Position numbers and translations under genes: made by a program. A stretch of DNA of 32,000 nt from Sedimentisphaera cyanobacteriorum (GTDB taxonomy: Bacteria > Planctomycetota > Phycisphaerae > Sedimentisphaerales > Sedimentisphaeraceae), in contig NZ_CP019633.1 of assembly GCF_001997385.1 (NCBI RefSeq), forward strand, positions 2,760,001-2,792,000. Reading direction: 5' to 3'. The notes under the pieces were generated by a model. It saw only the letters and a list, made by a program, of their open reading frames with translations. It ran no database searches and had not been told where the DNA came from. Below, piece by piece: positions 25,172-32,000 of this stretch (its first letter is position 1; every line of letters starts with the position of its first letter).

Positions 25172-27487
25172 TTAGAAAAGCGGGTCTATGTCGAAAAATA
25201 ATTTAGACCTCACCCTCCTAATCTCTGAGAATCGTGCCTTGGTCAGAAAGCTCATCATAACAAAGGGGCTTGCTGCGTTGAGCAGTATGTTCATCCTGAA
25301 TTCTCGTCCAATTCTGCCAATAGCAGGCTCGAAAGGGCCTTTGAGCCTTATGTCAATCCCGTTTGTTTTGATAATCGAGCTGAGGATTTCTGCTGCCTCT
25401 TCGGCATCTTCTTCCGCTCTTGTCTTTTTTTCATTTCGCACCTGAACCAGCGCCTGTTTCCGGAAGGGGGGAAGCCCCAGCATTTCCCGCATGGGGATCT
25501 GATTCTTGTAAAAGCCGTCATAATCGTGCAGTTTTGCGAACTTCACTGCCGGACTGTCTGGTTTAGCGGTTTGGATTATCACCTTCCCTGGTTTGCTGCC
25601 TCTGCCGGTTCTCCCTGCTACTTGGCTTATAAGCTGGAAGGTTTTCTCGGCAGAGCGGAAATCTGAGGAACTGGTGGATGTATCTGCATTCACAATGCCC
25701 ACAAGCGTAACGTTGGGGAAGTGCAGTCCCTTAGCGAGCATTTGAGTGCCCGCGAGGATGTCGTACTCGTGTTTTGAAAACGCCTCTATGAGTTCCCTGT
25801 AGTCTTTGCCTTTCATTGAGTCGGTGTCTATTCTTGCGATTTTAGCCTTGGGGAATTTATCGGCAAGCTCCATTTGAAGTTTCTGCGAGCCCGAGCCCCG
25901 CATTGTAAGCTGTCTGGTGCAAATTGGGCATCTCTTCGGAACGAGCGTCCTGCTGCCGCAGTAATGGCACAAAGCAAGACCGCTGGTGTTGTAGAGCCCT
26001 TCCGTGCTGTTTTGATTAAGCACTTCTGAAAGGTGGAATTTCAGGCTCGCATCGCAGTTTCTGCAGTGGATTGTATGTCCGCACTCAGGGCAGTATATAA
26101 AATTGCTGTAGCCCCTGCGGTTTAAGAGCAGAATAGCCTGCTCGCCCGAGCCGAGGGAGCTTTCAAGGGCTTCTTTGAGCTTCTCGCCAATCATAAACTC
26201 AGACATAAAGCTGCGTCTGCCGGACATATCAACTTCCTGCATCTGCGGCATTGGCCTTTTCTCAACCCTTTCCGGGAGGTTTAGCAGTTTGAAATGTTCT
26301 TTTCTCTTGCAGTTGAAGTATGATTCAAACGAGGGCGTAGCAGAGCCGAGTATGCAGGCTGCGTTTTCTATCTGAGCGCGCTTTACAGCAGTATCACGTG
26401 CATTGTATCGCGGGGCGGTATCCTGCTTGTATGAAGATTCATGCTCTTCATCAACGATCACAACCCCGAGGTTACTGCAGGGAGCAAAAACAGCAGACCT
26501 CGCCCCGATAATTACATCCGCTCTGCCCAGCTTGATCTTATGCCACTGACTTGCCCGCTGGGCTTCAGTGAGCCCTGAATGCAGTACAGCGAGCCGTTTG
26601 AATCTCTTCTGAAATCTCAGTATAGTCTGGCTTGTAAGGGCTATCTCTGGAAGAAGTATAATCCCCTTTTTCCCCTGCTCCACGGCATTCGCAAGAGCCC
26701 TTATGTAAACCTCAGTTTTCCCGCTGCCCGTTACACCGTGCAGTACAAAGACGCCGAAGGCTGATTCATCAATTTTTTGATTGATTTGCTCGATCGATTT
26801 TTCCTGAGAGCTGTTGAGGGTGATATCCGGCTCTTCCACAACAGTCTGTTCTTGAACTGATTTCAAAACCGCTCTCTTCTCGGATACCGCTGCACCGGTA
26901 TTAATAAGATTCTTAAGCGTTTGCGAGGTTGTTTCTGCCTGTTTTACCAGCTCTGAGCTCTCTATCCCGCCGCTGGCAACAAAGGCATGTTCAATAATTA
27001 AAATCCTTACTAAACTTTTCTGCTTAGACCCTTCTCTCAGTTTTTCATATATTTTTCTCGCTTCGTGAATATTGCTGCAGTTTAGTTTTATAAATCGTTT
27101 TTGAACGAAGCCCTGCCCCTTCTTAACTCCTGCCGGAAGCATTGCTGAGAGCACCTGCCCCAAAGGGCATACGTAATACAAACTCAGCCAATTGGCGAGT
27201 TCAAGGAGCTCGGGAGTAAGCAGGGGGGAGCTGTCGATTATTTTGCTGAGCCTTTTGAGCCCCTTTGTGTTTGAAGTCTTTTCTGAGCTGATGCAGAAGC
27301 CATTAAGCTTCTTATTGCCCTTGCCGAAAGGCGCCTTTACTCGCTGGCCTGGCTTGATTTCTCCAAGCTCTTCAGGGACGATATAGCTGAACGAGCGGTC
27401 GAGATTGTGGTCGAATACTATCTCAGAGGTAATCGCCTCTTCTCTGCTGCCATCTGAACAATCAAAAAGTGTTTTGCTCTCAGACAT
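25172..27487 (-). CDS. priA: primosomal protein N' (replication restart helicase PriA)
   Basis: Walker A HGVTGSGKTEVY, DEEH box VIVDEEHE, Cys-rich zinc region CPECGHTIHCRNCD...CHYCGSRTLVPKRCPIC, helicase motif VI QVAGRTGRG. Confidence 0.9.
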   Translation of the reverse strand: MSESKTLFDCSDGSREEAITSEIVFDHNLDRSFSYIVPEELGEIKPGQRVKAPFGKGNKKLNGFCISSEKTSNTKGLKRLSKIIDSSPLLTPELLELANWLSLYYVCPLGQVLSAMLPAGVKKGQGFVQKRFIKLNCSNIHEARKIYEKLREGSKQKSLVRILIIEHAFVASGGIESSELVKQAETTSQTLKNLINTGAAVSEKRAVLKSVQEQTVVEEPDITLNSSQEKSIEQINQKIDESAFGVFVLHGVTGSGKTEVYIRALANAVEQGKKGIILLPEIALTSQTILRFQKRFKRLAVLHSGLTEAQRASQWHKIKLGRADVIIGARSAVFAPCSNLGVVIVDEEHESSYKQDTAPRYNARDTAVKRAQIENAACILGSATPSFESYFNCKRKEHFKLLNLPERVEKRPMPQMQEVDMSGRRSFMSEFMIGEKLKEALESSLGSGEQAILLLNRRGYSNFIYCPECGHTIHCRNCDASLKFHLSEVLNQNSTEGLYNTSGLALCHYCGSRTLVPKRCPICTRQLTMRGSGSQKLQMELADKFPKAKIARIDTDSMKGKDYRELIEAFSKHEYDILAGTQMLAKGLHFPNVTLVGIVNADTSTSSSDFRSAEKTFQLISQVAGRTGRGSKPGKVIIQTAKPDSPAVKFAKLHDYDGFYKNQIPMREMLGLPPFRKQALVQVRNEKKTRAEEDAEEAAEILSSIIKTNGIDIRLKGPFEPAIGRIGREFRMNILLNAASPFVMMSFLTKARFSEIRRVRSKLFFDIDPLF

Positions 27488-27499
27488 AAAAACACTGCA

Positions 27500-29707
27500 T
27501 TAAATTATTGGTATGGTAAAGCAGAATGTTGACCCGCCTCGGTCGTTGGGTTCAACCCAGATATTCCCGCTGTGTTTCTGAACAATTTTCTTGCATATAG
27601 CCAGACCGATGCCAGTACCTTCGTATTCTGACCGGGAGTTGAGACGCTTAAATGTCTCGAATATTTTATTTCTGTACTCCTCGCTTATCCCTAAGCCGTT
27701 ATCTGCAACATTAATCTGCCAGTAGTTGTCTTTCATCTCTGAGCTTACAAACACCTCAGGTGCAGTGTCCTTTTTGTGGTATTTCAGGGCATTGCTGAGC
27801 AGATTAGTGAAAAGCCTGTACATCTGTGTACGGTCGCAGCGGACCATCGGCAGCTGTTCAATTTTCACTTTTGCCTCAAGCTCGTCGATTCTCGGTTTCA
27901 GGCTGTTTTTAGATTCTTCTGCAACCTCAGAGAGATTCCAAGCCTTGAATTCGTATTCATTAGACCCCGCACGCGAATAGCTGAGAAGGTCTTTTATAAG
28001 GGAATTTATCCTTTCAGAACCATCCTTTGCATATTTTATGTATTTCCAGATTTCCTGATTGGATGATTCCATCTCAGATTCGAGAAGGTCTAAATAGCAG
28101 GTAACCATTCTCACCGGCTCCTGAAGGTCGTGAGAAGCTATATAAGCAAACTGTTCGAGGTCGCTGTTGGATCTTTCGAGCTCCTGTTTTTTCTCTTCGA
28201 TTTCAAGACGCATCTTAACTTCCCGGGAGATGTCGTATATAAAGCATAAAATTTCATTTTGAGCGCTGTTTTCGCTGCTGAGCTGAGTTACTCTGATATC
28301 GTAGTATCTGCTGCTTCCCGGGAATTGGAATATCTCACGGAATTCCTTGTCCGAATCGATTGCTCTTTTGATTGAATCGAAGGCGTCGGTTAAGTTTATT
28401 GCCGCAGTTACATCGCAGAAGTCTCTGCCTTTGAGCTTTTCTTTTTTGCTGAAGCCGAGAAGTTCCGCTGCGTATTCGTTGTAGTCAATGCATCTGAAGT
28501 CTTTGTCGCAGCGTATTATTGCACCGGGAACGTTTCTTACAAGCGTATCAAGATACCTGTTTGCTGAGTGCAGTTTCTTTTCGGCTTTGCGTCTTTTCGT
28601 AAAGTTTATTGCGAGGATTGCTATTATCACAATAAGAAGCACTGTTATCAGTGAATACCAGCCTATAATATTTATCAGGCTCTCGGCAGTAAGCGGTTTC
28701 TTTGAAATAACAGGGTTGAGATTTTTTATTGGCTGGCAGTCTTTCCCAAATTTCTGGAGGTTGTCAAGATTTATATGCAGTCTGTTGTGCGGCTTGTCAA
28801 CCACTGACTGCCCGGCCAGCGCGGCCTTCCCATTGAGCACTCTTCCTGCAAATTCTCCCGCAATGGCTCCTTCTTGAAAAGGCTCTGTGGGATAGCCGCC
28901 GATAACTGCACCTTCCATATACGTGTAGTTTAATACGAATACAGGCATATTCAGCTTTGAAATGATCTGCACGAGACTTTTTGTGTCGTAGTATCTGCCC
29001 TGATCATCTCTCTGATAGTTCATAAGAAGTATGGCGTACTGATCTCTTTTTTTTCTAAGCTTCCCGCAGATTTGCTTGAAAGTTCCGTTTGTGAAGTATT
29101 CTATTTCAATTCCTTCGGGAAATTCTGGTCTGTGATTTTCAAAAAGCTCTATAGAGAGCCTTCCGGAAATGGTGTTGTCCTCGCATACAAAGGCAAGCTT
29201 TCGTTTTGGGAATAGCTTTTGAACCACTTCAACGGTTTCAATCACCATCGGATGCTCTGTAAACACCCTTACCGGCCTGTTCCAGTTTTCCAGCAGATTG
29301 GTTTGATTCCAGTTTATTCCGCAGGCTATCAGCGGGGTGGCAGGGTAGAATGTTTCATCGTTCTTTTTCAGGAGTCTGAAGGCGGCATTGTCGCATGATA
29401 TAATCAGGTCAACATCGCTTACGTTCTGATATTTTGTTTTGAGCATTTCGAAGAATTCAGAAAAATATTTTTCCGAACTAACCCTCTTGGCATCCAGATA
29501 CTCAGAATAAATGTGCGCCTCAGGACAGACTTTTCTGACCTCTTCGGTGATACCGCTCTGGATTTGTTTGGTCCATGGGTATTCAGGCGAATAGGACTGA
29601 ATCACAAGAACATTTTCTGCTTGAGCACGAAGCCCGTCGGCAAAAAACAATACAGAAATCAGGATTATGATTATTTCTGTTATTTTCAGCTTGGGAAGGT
29701 AAAACAA
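27500..29707 (-). CDS. sensor histidine kinase: periplasmic ABC-substrate-binding-like domain, TM, PAS, HisKA, HATPase_c
   Basis: Signal/TM1, VLVIQSYSPEYPWTKQIQSGI (ABC_sub_bind-type sensor), TM2 IIGWYSLITVLLIVIIAILAINF, PAS region, H-box IASHDLQEPVRMV, N-box LLSNALKYH, G-boxes DNGLGI / GTGIGLAICKKIV; TTG start with AAGGGG RBS. Confidence 0.85.
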   Translation of the reverse strand: MFYLPKLKITEIIIILISVLFFADGLRAQAENVLVIQSYSPEYPWTKQIQSGITEEVRKVCPEAHIYSEYLDAKRVSSEKYFSEFFEMLKTKYQNVSDVDLIISCDNAAFRLLKKNDETFYPATPLIACGINWNQTNLLENWNRPVRVFTEHPMVIETVEVVQKLFPKRKLAFVCEDNTISGRLSIELFENHRPEFPEGIEIEYFTNGTFKQICGKLRKKRDQYAILLMNYQRDDQGRYYDTKSLVQIISKLNMPVFVLNYTYMEGAVIGGYPTEPFQEGAIAGEFAGRVLNGKAALAGQSVVDKPHNRLHINLDNLQKFGKDCQPIKNLNPVISKKPLTAESLINIIGWYSLITVLLIVIIAILAINFTKRRKAEKKLHSANRYLDTLVRNVPGAIIRCDKDFRCIDYNEYAAELLGFSKKEKLKGRDFCDVTAAINLTDAFDSIKRAIDSDKEFREIFQFPGSSRYYDIRVTQLSSENSAQNEILCFIYDISREVKMRLEIEEKKQELERSNSDLEQFAYIASHDLQEPVRMVTCYLDLLESEMESSNQEIWKYIKYAKDGSERINSLIKDLLSYSRAGSNEYEFKAWNLSEVAEESKNSLKPRIDELEAKVKIEQLPMVRCDRTQMYRLFTNLLSNALKYHKKDTAPEVFVSSEMKDNYWQINVADNGLGISEEYRNKIFETFKRLNSRSEYEGTGIGLAICKKIVQKHSGNIWVEPNDRGGSTFCFTIPII

Positions 29708-32000
29708 AACGTTGACCCCTTGCCTAACTCAGATTCAACCCAGATTGCGCCCCGATGTCTATCAATAATTTTCTTGCAGATAGCCAGCCCAACACCCGTT
29801 CCGCGAGCCTCGGGTTTCTCGTGCAGCCGTTTGAAAATGGTAAAGATCTCTTTACGCATACTTTCCTCTATGCCGATGCCGTTATCCTTGACGCAAATAC
29901 GCCAGATTCCGTCAATAGATTCGGCATAAATTTCCACTTTTGGCTTCTGACCAGCTTTATTAAAACGTACAGCATTGCTTATAAGGTTCATAAACACCCT
30001 GTATATCTGCAATCTGTCGCATTTCAGCGTCGGCAAATCATCAATGCTGATCTCTGCTTCAGTTTCGTCAATGAGGCCTTTAAGGTCTCCAGCAGCCTCT
30101 TCAGCAAGCTCTTTGAGATTGGCCTGTTCGAGATTGAGATCTTTGAAGCCCGCCTTTGAAAACTGCAGAAGGTCATTTATAACGCTGTATATCTTCAGGC
30201 TGCCGTTTCTTGCAAATTTCAGGTATTCTTTTGCCTCGCCGTTTACATCTTTTTCTTCCAGTTCGGAATCAAGCAGGTCAAGATAGCAGGTGATTGTTCT
30301 CACAGGCTCCTGAAGGTCGTGTGAGGTTACATAGGCAAACTGTTTCAAATCTTCATTGGTCTGCCTAAGTTCAATATTTGCCTGCTCAATCTTTTCCCGA
30401 TCTTTAATAGATTCCGTTATATCATCTATTATAACGATATACGCACGTTTTAAAATACTTTCTGAGGCGTTTTTTTGCGGAGTTACCCTTACTTTAAGAG
30501 TTTTTTCAGATTGCCCGGAGCTTTCTGCGGCTTCCTCCGAGTGTTGTGTTTTGGTTATAAAATCGGTTGCTTTATGATTTCTTATATCTTCGAGTCTGTC
30601 CTCAGGTATGGCGATGTATTTTTCAAAAAAATCTCCTGTAATTTCTGACTCGTTTTTGACCTCCAGAATCGAGAGGCAGTTTCTGTTTACAGAGAGGATT
30701 TCCCTGTCGAAGTTTAGCATCAAGATACCCGCAGGAGCCTGCTCGAAGATCTCACGGAAAAATTCTTCATTTTCCTTGATGCTGTTTTCTGCATATATCC
30801 GGACTAAAGCATTAACAAGAGGCTCGGAACATATCTTCAGCATACTTTCGCAGTTTTCGCCCCAGTCCGAGCTGTCATTTTTGCTGAGAAACACGCTGCA
30901 AACGCCCGAGCCCACAAAGCTCCTGAAGCAGATTGAGTTTTCGGGTTTTGTTTCGCAGAATTTATTCAGATATTCTCTTTCCTGATCGTTTAATGAAACG
31001 TTTTGAAGATTGAGAATATTATCTTCAAACTTTGGTGTAAGGCTTTCGGGCATCTCCACGAAGTTTGTAGAGCTCAGGGTGAGCTGGCCGTGAACGTGTT
31101 CATAGCTGTAAATGTCTGAAAAGAGCTCGTCAGATTTTCTGTATTCGAGCGTGCAGCGGTCAGCTCCGGTGTAGGAGCATAAAGAGCGGAAGAGGTCTTT
31201 GAGCATATAGTCAATGTTGTCGTTATTGAGCTTTGCGATATTTTCAAGCGAATCGGAGAGCGATTTCTCGAAGTCTATCCTCATCTCTAATTCTTTCTTA
31301 GACCGAACCTTTTCAGTTCTGTCTGAAACAATAGTTGCAAGGAAGCCTTCTTCTGGGCTTGCCGCTGTTATCTCAAAATATCTGTCTGAAGTTTCAGAGA
31401 ATGCCTCAAAAAAAATCTTTGACCCCTCTTCAGCGGCTACCCTGTAATTATCAATCCAATCCCGTTCCTCGGGGCAGAGCACGCCTATCCTGCTGTCCCT
31501 GTAAGCCGGTTTAATGCAGAGATTTTCAAACTGCTGGTTTGCTTCAATAAGGTAAAAGTCTTCAAACTCCCCGTCATTATATTCTGTACGGTAAAGGGCA
31601 AAACCGGAGGGCATATTCTGGAAGAGCTTCTTGAAACGGTTCTCCTCGGAAAACTGTCTGAACGTTGCGCTGATTCGTTTTACAGTATTGTTGAGCACCT
31701 CACCGGTAACTCTGAGAACACGAAGGAGATTTTGATTGAATTTCGGAGGATAATTTATGCTGTCCAGAGTTATAAAGCCGGTAAGTTCTTCATTTTCAAA
31801 TATGCCTGTAAACAGCGATGATTCAGCGAGCTTTTTCTTGAGGAATGTCCTTTCCCCTCCGGATTCTTCAGATATATCATCCAGTGAACTTATGAAGATA
31901 GAGCCTTTTTCTTTCAAAACCTCTACGAACATCGGAATGCTTTGTGCAGGTATGCTGCTGAAGTCATCAAGCTCAACTTCCGCCTTTTCGACCGCCCATT
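29686..32000 (-). CDS. cytoplasmic multi-PAS/GAF sensor histidine kinase (5' end probably beyond the window)
   Basis: H-box VTSHDLQEPVRTI, N-box LISNAVRFN, G-boxes DNGIGI / GTGVGLAICKKII; upstream PAS/GAF-like segments, no TM; frame stays open from ATG 31932 to nt 32000. Confidence 0.85.
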   Translation of the reverse strand, partial: WAVEKAEVELDDFSSIPAQSIPMFVEVLKEKGSIFISSLDDISEESGGERTFLKKKLAESSLFTGIFENEELTGFITLDSINYPPKFNQNLLRVLRVTGEVLNNTVKRISATFRQFSEENRFKKLFQNMPSGFALYRTEYNDGEFEDFYLIEANQQFENLCIKPAYRDSRIGVLCPEERDWIDNYRVAAEEGSKIFFEAFSETSDRYFEITAASPEEGFLATIVSDRTEKVRSKKELEMRIDFEKSLSDSLENIAKLNNDNIDYMLKDLFRSLCSYTGADRCTLEYRKSDELFSDIYSYEHVHGQLTLSSTNFVEMPESLTPKFEDNILNLQNVSLNDQEREYLNKFCETKPENSICFRSFVGSGVCSVFLSKNDSSDWGENCESMLKICSEPLVNALVRIYAENSIKENEEFFREIFEQAPAGILMLNFDREILSVNRNCLSILEVKNESEITGDFFEKYIAIPEDRLEDIRNHKATDFITKTQHSEEAAESSGQSEKTLKVRVTPQKNASESILKRAYIVIIDDITESIKDREKIEQANIELRQTNEDLKQFAYVTSHDLQEPVRTITCYLDLLDSELEEKDVNGEAKEYLKFARNGSLKIYSVINDLLQFSKAGFKDLNLEQANLKELAEEAAGDLKGLIDETEAEISIDDLPTLKCDRLQIYRVFMNLISNAVRFNKAGQKPKVEIYAESIDGIWRICVKDNGIGIEESMRKEIFTIFKRLHEKPEARGTGVGLAICKKIIDRHRGAIWVESELGKGSTFCFTFPS

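Noticed and set aside
1-32000. Scan by eye for CRISPR arrays, tRNA/rRNA genes, reverse transcriptase/DGR repeats, integrase/att sites, toxin-antitoxin pairs and restriction or other defence genes
   Set aside because: I found none. Every ORF over 200 aa has a recognisable housekeeping, signalling, transport or carbohydrate-active domain. The intergenic regions are too short for arrays, apart from those discussed.

Overview
Densely coding bacterial chromosomal segment with about 24 protein genes and one intact insertion sequence. I see no rRNA, tRNA or CRISPR array. Left to right: a hypothetical ORF and a GT4 glycosyltransferase (+). Then a minus-strand run of HAD phosphatase, ribulose-phosphate 3-epimerase and a 931-aa secreted GLUG-repeat/CARDB protein ending in a dockerin-like module. 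Next a GAF-PP2C phosphatase, an endonuclease III-related glycosylase and a sensor-less histidine-kinase core (-). Then an MltA lipoprotein and an SDR (+), an MBL-fold hydrolase (-) and an acyltransferase-3 (+). A pstC-pstA-pstB-[unknown ~115 aa]-phoU operon (-) follows, with no pstS beside it. After that come a SASA/discoidin sialate O-acetylesterase (+) with a bidirectional terminator, a ~2.0-kb IS1634-family element and a nickel superoxide dismutase gene (-). The window ends with a 795-aa Glyco_hydro_cc (GH128-like) hydrolase carrying lectin-like and dockerin-like modules (-), priA (-), and two translationally overlapping PAS/GAF histidine kinases (-), the last running off the window. The gene content suggests a polysaccharide-degrading PVC-type bacterium, but that is inference only. 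I do not see a clear multi-gene defence or island-type system. The most unusual items are: (i) a NiSOD with a Sec-type signal peptide in place of a SodX-type propeptide, plus a poly-His tail; (ii) an unrecognisable small gene embedded in the pst-phoU operon; (iii) a shared dockerin-like C-terminal module on two unrelated secreted proteins; (iv) overlapping orphan kinases co-oriented with priA. All functional calls come from motif recognition by eye on the supplied translations. None was verified by database search.
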